Shown: piece by piece, positions 52,482 to 64,000 of the stretch | How positions within the stretch are numbered: position 1 is the first letter of the stretch | Layout: each line of letters begins with the position of its first letter | Source of the DNA: Paragordius varius | Taxonomy: Eukaryota; Animalia; Nematomorpha | Length of the DNA: 64,000 nt | Reading direction: 5' to 3' | Assembly: GCA_964247055.1 (NCBI GenBank) | Contig: OZ176053.1 | Span: 2,046,001-2,110,000, forward strand | Program-made: the position numbers and the translations under genes | Notes under the pieces: model-generated | Seen by the model: the letters and a program-made list of their open reading frames with translations, nothing else | What the model was told of the DNA's origin: nothing | Databases searched by the model: none

Positions 52482-55400
52482 ATGATTTTAAGGCAATTTA
52501 AAAATCTAAATGCAATTCGCAAAAATTTTTCCCATATACCGCAGCCGAGAAAAGGATTTGTCAACGAGTTGTTCGATTCCATCAAGGATGAATTAACAAA
52601 GAATAAAGAGATGAATGTAATATTATAATATAATATTTAGGAAAATTTGCGAAAGTTCAGAGAAGAAGCATCCAAACTTGAAAACTCAGATGCTCTCAAT
52701 CAAGTTAGGCAAAAATATCAAAAACTTGAAAAAGAAACGCTTGATAGCTCTAGTCAATTACGGGAACAGTTGGAATCTTTAAGGTCACGTTTAAGAGAAA
52801 CTTTAAATGACTCACAAAAATCAGAATTCACTAAAAAAGCTATTGAGCTTTCCGAAGAAATAGCCAAACAAGCTAAATCCGCTGCAGAATTAGCAAGTAA
52901 GGCGGGCCAATCGCTTGGCTCAACGGAAGTTTACAAGGCCTTAACCGAAGTATAAATTTTTTTCTTTAATTTGACTTGATTTTGCTGTCCAATTCATTCA
53001 AATATTAAATTAATGCCAGAATTATATGTATTTAACCCAGTTACACCCGAATAGATTCAACATTTATATTGAATATATTATTTAAATTAGTTAAGGTGCT
53101 TTTCTATGTTACAAAATCTGAGCTTATAGTTAATTCCACATTTTAATTGTAATAAATTAAATATAAGAGCTAAAAATTTAATATGATGTAATTTTATGAT
53201 AAATTTATAGCTATGTATAATACATTTAGCTCATTTATATCAATAGTTAACTCAAATCAATAATGATTTAAATACACCAATTTTAATTTTTTTGTCTATC
53301 TATTAACATTTTATATATTTATGTTTTTTGCATCTTTTTAAAGCATAATTTTGTAGGCTTATAGTTCTCTCCATAATTTTCTATTTGCAAGAGGGGTACA
53401 CTATTAATCACATGAATAATTCAAAGAGTTGCTCAATTAGATTGGCGATTTTTTAATTATCCATTGTTAAATTTGGCCTTCATAATTTTTTTTTGTATAA
53501 ACGATATCTTTCATGGTTGACACTGATATGAATAATTAATTAAAAAGGCAAACATTTTGCATAGAATTAATTAAATTGTTTTTTATTACAATATTAAAAT
53601 CAAAGTGTATTGTATTTCAGTTTTTGTCCATAATTCTACTGATCACTATTAGAGTTTAAAATATGGGCTAATATCTTTAAGCATATCTATAATTTACAAT
53701 ATATAAAATCAACTTTAAGATAATCATAATTTCTCATTTATTTTCTTTTTAGAGTGTCAAACTTTTGAAAGACGAAATAGAAAACCAAACTTCCATGCAT
53801 AATATGCATTACACACCGCTAACTAAATTACGGAAACGCAAAGAGGATCTCGCTGATGAACAACGTATCATTCCCACTAATACGTATGTATTAACTTTTT
53901 TTTGACAAAAAAATATAATAATATGTTTATTACTTTATGTTTAAATTTTTTTAAATAATTTATCAAATAAGGTTGAAACATACAGTAATAGTCATGTAGC
54001 CTTTATTTTATTAAGTTGAATGGGTATAAATATCTGTAAAAGAATAAAAAATACAAGAGCTCTATGGTTTAACAATATCATATTCATCAAAAAAGTAAAA
54101 GAGGTGTGGGGAGAAAAGGCTTCAGCAATCTTATATGGTAAATTCCATACTCTTTTAACATTAATTTTAAGATGAAGAGTTAGTCTATTTCCATTAGCTT
54201 AAACATCATTACCATATAAAGATTATCACGCCTTCCCCCTGAACTTCTTTTATTTTTTTAATGAAATGATATATTAATCACCATAGAGCTCTTGTAAATT
54301 CTATTCTTTAACGCATATTTATACCCATTTAACGAAAAAAAATAAATTTTTGATAAAATAAATACACGACTGTAGTATTTTTAAAACGGATAACTCGGAT
54401 TTTAAACGGCTACAAAAATATGATTTTTTATATTTTTTTGAGGGGGGGGGGATATACTATTAACACATTTCTTATTTTTTATCGTTCAATGATTCAATAT
54501 ATTAAAAAGGTTATATTTTTGTTGGTTATTTATATGTGTTTAAAATATGGGGTTATTTGATTTAAAAATAAGCAACCAAAAAAACTTTGCCAAATATGGA
54601 AGGAAACCCACAATCTTTTATACTTTGGAGCAAAATTATTCATAATTAATTAATTTTAAACTTACTTAATGAATAGCAAACAAGTTCATTCCTCCTCCTT
54701 ATTTCCATAATATCTAACTAATGCAAAATATCATTTATTACAATACTATTCTAGAATAATCTGAGAATTTTTTGGGGTTATATGTTAAAAAACTGTAAAA
54801 CTTAATTTTAGCTAAAAAAATGTATTCAATGTTTTTTTTAGCGACGCCACCGATGTTGTAATGCACAAAGAATCTCGTTGGTATCAAAGTTGGCAAAATT
54901 GGAAAGATAATAATCCCTACATAAATAGTACGTTGATTTTTAACATTATTAACTATTTTATAAGAAAAGTTTTTTATGGTATTATAAATTATATTATTAC
55001 AAATGTTTGCTTTGTTAGAAATGTTTGATTTAAAGGCGAAATACGATGAAAGTGATAGCATTTTGATTAGGGCTTCACGCTTTATAACAGACAAAGTTTC
55101 AAATGCCGTAGGTATAAAATTAATAAATTTTATATACATATACAGTCATACCTCTTTTTTATAAGGTTTAAATTATTAATTTTTTTGTGTAATTATGCTA
55201 TAATTTTAATATTTATTCTTGATAATATGATATTCTTAGTGTCAAAATTTAGGCTTTATTTTGAATTTGTTGCAAAGATAACAATTTGCAATTTATTTTA
55301 ACGCTAACCTTTTTTTGAATGAAATTAAATTTTTAATAATAATTATATAATAGTATACCATTTCCCAGCCTAAATAAACGTTTTCCCAGTCAATCGAAAC

Positions 55401-58400
55401 ATTTTCCCAGTCAATCAAAACGTTTTCCCAGTCAATCGAAACATTTTCCCAGTCAATCGAAACAATTTCTCAGTCAATAAAAACGTTTTCCCAGTCGATA
55501 AAAACGGTTTTATTCTTGATGATAAGTATCAAAACAAGATAGAAAAATAACTTTTAACCATTATCAGCGTAATATTAGGATATTATTTTTTATAAAATCA
55601 CAATTATTTAATGACAATATTTCCTATATATTCTAATACACAATCATTAATAATTTATTATTTAAAAGCTATATTTTATTAACTGGAAGAATATTTTATG
55701 GTTTTTAAGTATTTTTAAGAAAATATTTAATAATTTTTTTATTTTATCGATGCTTCGCATTAATATTCGAGGCTAACTTTTAAAGTCTATAGTTACGGAT
55801 AATAAAATTTATAAAAATATACCATTTTATCTCAAATTGGTCATTTAACACTTCATATTGGGTCTTAAACATATATTTTACCCTATTTTTAATATTTATC
55901 ATTTGGTTCATCGCCTAAGGCGGCCTCCCGAATCTTTGTGCGGCCCGCGAAAAATTTGGAAATCCAATGCAAAAATTTGCCAACAAGATCTTAGTAAAAT
56001 TCATATTTTTTACGCTATTATTCTAAATGAGTCTATAAAATTGACAACGAATTAAAAAATTCTTATGTTTAAGATCGAATAAATTATTTATGAATGTCCT
56101 TATATAATACGAATTCGCAACGCCGTGCTTTTTGAGTTAAAAATGCGACCCGCAAAGCCATTGTGTTAGAATATCCTTTTTTATAAAATAATTTTAAATG
56201 AAAAACAGATATAAAACCATGTTTTGTTCAAACTTTTTTCCGACAGTATTTTTTACACAATTCGACATGTTTATGATCCAATTTGAAGTGTTAAATGACC
56301 AATTTGAGATAAAATGGTATATTTTTATAAATTTTATTATCCGTAACTATAGACTTTAAAAGTTAGCCTCGAATATTAATGCGAACCATCGATAAAATAA
56401 AAAAATTATTAAATATTTTCTTAAAAATACTTAAAAACCATAAAATATTCTTCCAGTTAATAAAATATAGCTTTTAAAGAATAAATTATTAATGATTGTG
56501 TATTAAAATATATAGGAAATATTGTCATTAAATAATTGTGATTTTATAAAAAATAATATCCTAATATTACGCTGATAATGGTTAAATGTTATTTTTCTAT
56601 CTTGTTTTGATACTTATCAGCAAAAATAAAACCGTTTTTATTGACTGGGAAAACGTTTTTATTGATTGAGAAAATGTTCTTATTGACTGGGAAATTGTTT
56701 CGATTGACTGGGAAAATGTTTCGATTGACTGGGAAAACGTTTCGATTGACTGGGAAAACGTTTCGATTGACTGGGAAAACGTTTTGATTCACTGGGAAAA
56801 TGTTTCGATTGACTGGGAAAACGTTTATTTAGACTGGGAAATGGTATATTTTAACAATTCAAGTCGTTTTTTTGTGGAACGACTTTATATTTTATTTTGA
56901 AAGTAACACTATCTGAATTGACACTGTATACATGTTGTTTTTTTGAAAAGGCGGTATATTTAGCAACACAGAGCTTTCGGATGTCTTAACAGAAATTACT
57001 AAAATGGATCCTTTGTTTGATAAGGAAACATTTTTGCGAGATTGTAGGACAGATATTGTTCCAAATATTTTAGAGGTAAAAAAATATGAAATTTTTTATT
57101 TTTTCGTTTTTGTGAGCTTGATTATTTGAATAACTTACTGCTAAATAGTATTTGTTAAAAATTATATATCGTTTTTTATGGTAAAAACCATAAAATTTTA
57201 AACGGATTTGTGTCACTCCTTTTTTGGAGTCTAAAAATAGACTATTAAATAAAATTAAAGTGAAAGATACTTTTAAGAGATAATGAAAATTATTTTTCGC
57301 GAAAGACCGTGTTTTTTTATACATTCCTACAAATTTGGTTTTTTATATTTTTGTTTGATTATAATTTATGCTTCAACCAAATTCTTTGCATATTGTATGA
57401 ATCAGAATATATATAAAGTGAGATATTACATTTTTGTTTAAAACTTAACTTTTTTTATTTGGATTTATATTTAAATTAGGCCAAGTATATTCATGTAATT
57501 GAGAATTTTAGTTTTTTTAAATGTCCATATTTTTAATGTTTCCATTTTATATCTATATGTATGTAATTTTTTATTAAAGGCAATGTTACAAGGCAATCTC
57601 GAAATCCTTAATGATTGGTGTCATGAAGCGGTATATCATCTGTGTTTAAATAGTTTTCATTTCCTCTATTTTACCCAATTTTTTTTAATTTAAATTTTTT
57701 TTCGTAAATATTTTATGGTTTAATTTTGAAAATTATATAGTGTTTTACACACGCAGATACAAGTAATAGGATGAATTTTATTGATTTATACTCAAATGTG
57801 GTGAACATAAATTTTATATCTTGCTAAATTATAATTGGTCCATTATAACTTATTTTTATGAAATATTTATCGATTAATACTAATATTTTTAAAAAGCATT
57901 TTTCATAGATGTATAATTTTGAATCCATTTATTAAGAAACCTTTTAATTCTTATAAATCAACTTTTTGATTTTGTATTTTTAACGTTTTATGCTCCATAA
58001 ATTCAAAAAATCATAATTTTTTGATATTTTATTCTGTTTTTTAATAAAAACATCACCCACATTCCAAATTTAGCCATACAATGTATTATCTACACCAATT
58101 AAACAAGCCTATGGCCTAGGTTATCATTTTGAATCTAAACTCATCGATATTTCACCCATTGAACTTTCTTCAGGAAAAATATTAGAACAAGGGCCTGTCC
58201 TCGTTATCCATTTTAATACACAACAAATCATGTGTATTAAAGATAGCAAGGGCAATGTTATTGAAGGTGATCCGGTAAAGATTAATGATTTATTTTACTC
58301 TAGTTGTTAAGTGTATTTTTGTTTGAAAAAAAATATATCGATATAGATTAAATTGCAAAAAGTCTTGCAAATGTTTTTATATATCTTAAATTCATAAAAT

Positions 58401-59262
58401 TTTCATAATTTTTGGTTTACTATATAACTTTTAAGGCCTGTTTGATATGAAAAAGATATAACTTAATAATTTTGCATATAAAAGCAAATTTTTTATCAAT
58501 TATTATATATTTTATAAAGTGTCGAACGAGTAAACTTGAATGGACTAGTCATCCGCGCTTTTCATAATAGTTAATTTAAAATGTTTATAGTAGATATGTT
58601 TCAAAATTTTTTTTAGTAAAATAAAATGTGATTTAAAATATCTAAATTATGATTAATTTAATTAAATATATTTAAAACCGATATTGCATGAGATGCAAAT
58701 AAAATAAGCTTCCTATTTTCAACACAACTTGCGTATAAAGCATTGGGTCTAAATCAGGGGTGACCCAAATGGCTTCGACGGGCCGCATTCGTAAAATACA
58801 TAGGAATCGACAAATATTTTTTTACATTTTTAACACAAGCTTGTAAACACTACTTATATATCTTAACAATTTTTGCTAGTTCATTGCCAAATTCGGCACG
58901 TATTCAGAAAATTGGTTTAAGAAAATCAATTTTACATAGATTTGATAAAATTCTGTATTGAAAATTTTAGCAGGCCGCGTGTTGGCCACCGTTGGTCTAC
59001 ACCAATACTAAAAAACATATGCCTATTTGAGAGAATTAAAAAAACCTATTTCCATATAAAAATGAACTTAATATAGCTGTTTTTGTACCAAAATTTAATT
59101 TAAATTAACTTTTTAATCATATATATATATATATATATATAGGATAAAGTTATGAGAATGCAATATGTTTGGATCCTTTGTAAAGATATGACTGAATTAA
59201 ACCCAAAAGCTTCTTGGAAGCTACTTGATTTATCTATTCAAGCCTTTAATCAATGGGCCTAA
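52482..59262 (+). CDS. TIMM44: Mitochondrial import inner membrane translocase subunit TIM44, 9 exons, 416 aa
   Basis: Exons 52482-52616, 52641-52949, 53753-53883, 54842-54927, 55019-55111, 56951-57075, 57580-57630, 58074-58274, 59143-59262; 1251 nt in frame. Basic presequence-like N-terminus; motifs KGF...KNKEM, KLRKRKE, HKESRWYQSW, KYDESD, LNDWCHEA, QGPVLVI, WKLLDL. Confidence 0.95.
54015..54333. repeat. Hairpin MITE with ~130-bp imperfect inverted arms
   Basis: GTTGAATGGGTATAAATAT..ACAAGAGCTCTATGGT.. mirrored by ..ACCATAGAGCTCTTGT..ATATTTATACCCATTTAAC; TIMM44 intron 3. Confidence 0.8.
55356..56846. mobile_element. Large foldback/palindromic element (TACCATTT ends, 21-bp TTTTCCCAGTCAATCGAAACR repeats)
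   Basis: Arms 55356-55844 and 56295-56846 are near-perfect reverse complements, with 7 versus 10 tandem 21-mers; TA flanks; TIMM44 intron 5. Confidence 0.9.
55849..56290. mobile_element. TTAA-flanked 442-bp insert at the palindrome axis
   Basis: TTAA|CACTTCATATTGGGTC...GATCCAATTTGAAGTG|TTAA; about 24-bp imperfect TIR resembling family B ends; contains an hAT-MITE-like GCGGCCCGCG remnant. Confidence 0.55.
58755..58994. mobile_element. hAT-type MITE
   Basis: CAGGGGTGACCCAA...GTTGGCCACCGTTG; near-identical flanks GTCTAAAT / GTCTACAC. Confidence 0.75.
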
Positions 59263-59362
59263 AATGTGTGTGATAAATTATATTTTACCCACTATTGCAA
59301 TCAACATATTCCAACAAATTTTTATATTTTGTATAAAAAATTTATTAGATAAATATCATTCA

Positions 59363-59850
59363 TTATATGGTCACAATCATTTTGAATTTTTCATATTCAT
59401 TTTTTAAATTGTTTGGTACGTCTAATCTTGAATTACAACAAGCATAAAAGCATCTTTCTTTAAGGGTGTATACTAAATATGTTTACAAACAATGTTATAC
59501 TTGGTAGCGTAAGAGACACTAATTTACGGACTAATTGATTAGTTATATGGTGGTAGTATAATTTAGGTTTAAATACAAGTTTCTTGTTTGCTAGTATACG
59601 TTTATCTGTAAAGAATATAAAAATATATTTTTACTCGAATGAGTTTCTTGAAATATCCATGGATGACCAACAAAAGTTATCACATCAAGGAGTTGGGATG
59701 GCATCAAAGTTTTATATTTTATTTCTAATTATTGTATATTATAATACTTTTTCCTTGATAATCAATCCAGAATACATCAACAGGCAGAGCTGTATCGTTT
59801 CTAAAGCAAACGAACGTTTCGTGCTTAGAAGGGGCCGACTTGATAACCAT
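59363..59850 (-). CDS. VHL: von Hippel-Lindau protein, compact form (~135 aa), 4 exons
   Basis: Exons 59850-59748, 59724-59635, 59605-59501, 59472-59363, joined by 23, 29 and 28 nt introns. VDVFWIDYQG..KY.TL....ITFVGHPWIF keeps the equivalents of W88, Y98, S/T111, H115 and W117 (hydroxyproline pocket); BC-box LPIYTLKERC is present. The start codon is uncertain (an in-frame ATG also lies at 59937). Confidence 0.88.
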
Positions 59851-60361
59851 ACCATAATAACTTTTCCTTATGATATAAAATATTTTTTGCAATATAAAAA
59901 TACCTATTAATTTGGAAAAAAATCGGATGAAATTCATAAAATCCAAACAAAAAATGTGTATAAACTCTCACTCATAACATTGCAAACAACATATTAAAGT
60001 TTCTGATATATATATTCTGGATAAATGTATCAGGATTTGCATAGTGCTTTTGGTTTTCGGAGAGTGATATTAAATAGATATCTCATGGGTTGCGCGAATA
60101 GCTAAATCTTTATTCGTATTATATCTTTTTTTTTAGAAGTGACCTCCAATGTTTGTTCCCCTGTAAAATTGGCTAATTTTAAATAATCGAAATATTCAGA
60201 CTGTGATATAGCTGCTAGATTTATGGCATTGAAGAGGAACTTTTTGACAAAAATGTCAAATTTGTTCAAAAATTCAATTTTAAGCCGAATTTTGTGGTGG
60301 TATATAGTATCTCACTTGAAATCTTGGTAATAATGGTGAAAATGTTATAAGATAATATTAA

Positions 60362-60932
60362 CACTTCCATTCAAATTGGGGTATCTAAATACCCCAGACT
60401 AAATTTGAGTTAATATTTTTAAAAAACTATTGAAGGAAACGGTCCCAATTTAAATTTATGCTTCTATTCTGATAAAAATTATATAAATATGCCAAAATAT
60501 CTAAAAAAAACTTGTTTTGAAAATAAAGTTTTATCTCAAACTACTTCAACGTTATTTTTATTTTGCAAAATTTTTGCAAAATATTGTCTTCAATTAATTT
60601 TAAGAGTAAAATTAAAGCTAATTTTATATTTAAATTACATCTAATATTGGTAGAAATAGAAAGAGCAGTTTATTTTGTATTATTTTTCAATTTCACCATT
60701 GCACACATGTCATGTTGACTAAATTTTTACCTTTCGTAGCTTAAAATAAGTATTATCAAGTATTTTTGAATAAATATTTTTATATATTTCGGTTTATTAA
60801 TGTTATATAAGTGCAAAATTTTGCAATGGTTTATTCCTTCTATATTTTGTAAAGAAATTAATTTTGAAGACTGGGGTATTTAACTACCCCATTTGAATCG
60901 AAGGACTAAAATGAAAGTGTTGTATCCAAGTG
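60362..60932 (-). mobile_element. Family B, complete copy
   Basis: TTAA flanks; same core. Confidence 0.88.
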
Positions 60933-61374
60933 TTAATATAAAAACCCGTTTATACCTTATATGACAGGAAGTAGACATCTCATTTCGCCAAAATTAAATT
61001 TTATTTTTGGTGTGCATAAATTTTTTAAATGTAAAAATTTACCATTTATTAAATATGCTCATCGCAAATTCTTGGCTGGTTTGCGTTTTTTAAAAATTAG
61101 TCTATGTTGGGGGGCACCTAATCGAGAATTCGGAAGCACATCTAAGAATGATTTCATAATAATATTATTTTGCTCATAAAAAATGTATATGAAATATTTC
61201 TTATGATGTGGGAATCAGGCGTTTATACGAAAAAGTTGTATTTCGCATAATCTGCCCAAATTTTTTGATATAGGGCGATTAAGTGTGAATTTTTTACTTA
61301 TATCACTGAAAAGGCTCAAAATTAAACCAATAATTCTGATATATTTATCCATAATATATACAGTATGCACTTAT

Positions 61375-61758
61375 GAAACTTTTATTTGAATTGGGATGCT
61401 TAAGACCCCAGACCATATTTAAATAAAAAAATGTCTATATCAAACTGCTGGACGCCATTTTCTAACATAATTTTAGCAAATTTTAATAAAATTACATCTT
61501 ACATTTATATAAATGTAAAAAGTTGTTTATTTTGCATATTTTTTTAGTTAACTAATAATGCATATATGTCATGGTGGCAATTTTTATCTTCGAGGTTCCA
61601 TAAAATAAATATTACCAGGTTTTTTAAATGAATAATTTTTTATATTTCGGTGAATCAATATTATATAGATGCAAACTTTTACAATGGTTTTAATTTGTTC
61701 CATATTGGAATATTTGATTTATCGGAGTAGACTTTGATAAATGAGTTGTATCTAAGTG
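61375..61758 (-). mobile_element. Family B, degenerate copy
   Basis: Diverged core ending GTTGTATCTAAGTG|TTAA. Confidence 0.6.
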
Positions 61759-64000
61759 TTAATAGTTGCTTAATTTATACTATAGTTGGTCAATTTGCAA
61801 CATAGTATTCAATAAAAAATCAACAAAATATTAAATAAACAATTTTCTTTCTAACTTCTTTACTTTATTCAATTATAGGTTGTTTTTTTCCATACACTGC
61901 TCTGTTGCAAATTGCTCAACTATAGTGTGAAATAAGTAACCACAAAAATGTATATGTATTTTATCTAGATATTTTTGTGTGCACTACTTATTTAATCAAA
62001 TAGTTAATGAACTACTTTTATTCTACAATTTTGAACCTAATATAGTAATACGAGGTTTATAGAAAACCGGTAAAAAATTATATATTATATTATGTTTGCA
62101 AGATGGAACATATTCAGGCTATAAAAAAGACTTGGCCAAAAATGTATGTTACTGATGAGTAGGTAACACAAAAACTAGCATAAAATTTTTAGGTCGGCCC
62201 GTTAACAAATCATGCCCCTATAAGTTTAACATAGCTTTAAGAATATTTGTTTGGATTTTAGTTTCGCAAGCAAATTTAAAGTTGTATTTATTAAAAAATG
62301 TCCGGTCTATTTTTAAATATAATATTACCTAAAGGAAATCAGTCGCCCTTGACATATATATTTTGGACGATTTTATTTGGAATTTATATGGGGTGGCATT
62401 GAAATATTGCTTTCACACCTAGTCACTTTTCCAACCGCTTCACATATTCGGGGTAAATTTATATCCAGCAATAAATTACAGTTTGAAAGTTATTGAGTTC
62501 AAATTTAATTATCGAGCATTGTACCATGGATAGAAAATGCTTATATTTTTAGCAGTTGGTAACTTCTATCTCTTTTCATTCATCCTCAACTTTATCTTTA
62601 GAAGTCATTTTTTGGGATGCTACAGCATACAATTTATTCAAAAAAAAACCTATTAACACTTATCACAAAAATTACAGATATTAAAAAATACGTTGGAATA
62701 ATATTGTTTTATGAATTTTACGTTTGATCATCTCAAGAGTTTCAGTTTTTCCGTGGATCAAAGTGTTTCAATTTTATATATTTGTCTTTAGTTAGATTTT
62801 GGGCGTGCATTACTTAGGAATTTATCAATCGATAAAGCATCTTTAAAAGTAATACTTGATCATTACACTAGACAGCATTTCCTGCCACTAAGTTTTTTTG
62901 CATTTTTTAATATTTACCATCATTTTAACAGTGCTGAAATAAAAATTATATTTTCACCTAAGAATTTTCGATAATTTGATTTTTATGATTATGCCCCCTA
63001 TTTATCATTTTTTTAAAAAAAAGTTTTATTCAATAATATACAACAAATTCGTTGTAAAATATCATTCTAAAGAGTAAAAACTCTATAAAATGCATACAAA
63101 TATGTTTTACATCGATTGTTAATATATATTGGTCACAGGAAGCAACAAACGCGCGAAACTAGAGAGCTTTTCTTAACATACTTTTAAAACTAATGGATGA
63201 AAATAACTCAAACTTTGTGAGATGGCAATGAACGTCTAACACAAGAAAGTTTTTTTGATTTAAACACTTAATTATGGCTATGTCATTTAAAAGAGCCATT
63301 TTTAGTTTTAAAATATTAACATCATATCATTATTTATTATTTCTTTAAAAGGCTTATAATTTCAAACATTAAAAATATAGTTTGAGGTATATTTATTATT
63401 TTATAGCCATTATGTGATAAATTTATAGTTATAACTATGCATTTTAGTGTCAACTAGGTAAAATAATTATGATAATAATAATTTTTATTTATAAAAAAAC
63501 CAAAAGCTTATTCAAGGTTTTTTTAAAATTTTATACTAATGTAACCCTAACAATTGCAATAAAATAATTTATATGATTTTTAAATTAATTTGTCTGTGAA
63601 AATTTTTAATTAATTCAAGGGTCGAAAATTTTGACCATATAAAGCAAAATAACATTTACATCAGATTGAATTAAATGACTAACTACCATGCGAAAGATTC
63701 AGTCTTTCGCGCTCTATAAAAAATATATGGCACTATATCTAAACTTTTAATTATAAAAGTTTCGAGTTTAATGTCAAATCGGGGCCATAAATTTTCGATA
63801 AACCATAATAAACAACTTGAGTGTTTGACCATTTTTTTAGATATATAATGAAATAAGATTTAAATTTACAAGAATGACACTTAAATAATGAAATATTTGT
63901 TGTCTAGTGTTATCATACGTTTTAAATATTGTATTGTAAATAATCCACATTTTTTAGGTTTACTTTTGTGGTATTTATTTATGGGGAAATTAATTTAATA

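Noticed and set aside
54738-55139. 133-aa minus-strand ORF, and likewise ORFs 3509-3913, 46659-46874 and 49091-49390
   Set aside because: Antisense or alternative-frame shadows of TIMM44, TOP3A and iGluR exons, with no recognisable motifs.

Overview
Very AT-rich eukaryotic (animal) genomic DNA; GC is roughly 20-25% by eye. I rebuilt seven spliced genes exon by exon: the 3' part of TOP3A (+, ends 5099), an XRN2-like gene (-, 18778 to about 6225), RBM28/Nop4 (-, 31492-25419), MEI4 (-, 32875-31648), a kainate-type ionotropic glutamate receptor (+, 33801-49316), TIMM44 (+, 52482-59262) and VHL (-, about 59850-59363). The long introns and intergenic spaces are filled with non-autonomous DNA transposons: at least three TACCATTT-ended foldback-like families with 19-21 bp internal repeats, a TTAA/piggyBac-like MITE, and hAT MITEs with 8-bp TSDs. 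There is also a decayed full-length mauritiana-type mariner and a decayed 2.6-kb hAT. Most striking: (1) the XRN2-like gene keeps a long open, correctly spliced frame but has lost most catalytic acidic residues, making it a candidate pseudo-nuclease; (2) six of the seven genes need 23-36 nt GT-AG micro-introns, alongside kb-size TE-filled introns; (3) a TIMM44 intron holds a ~1.5-kb near-perfect palindrome interrupted exactly at its TTAA axis. All family assignments are by hand translation and remembered motifs, not database searches. The species cannot be fixed from the sequence.
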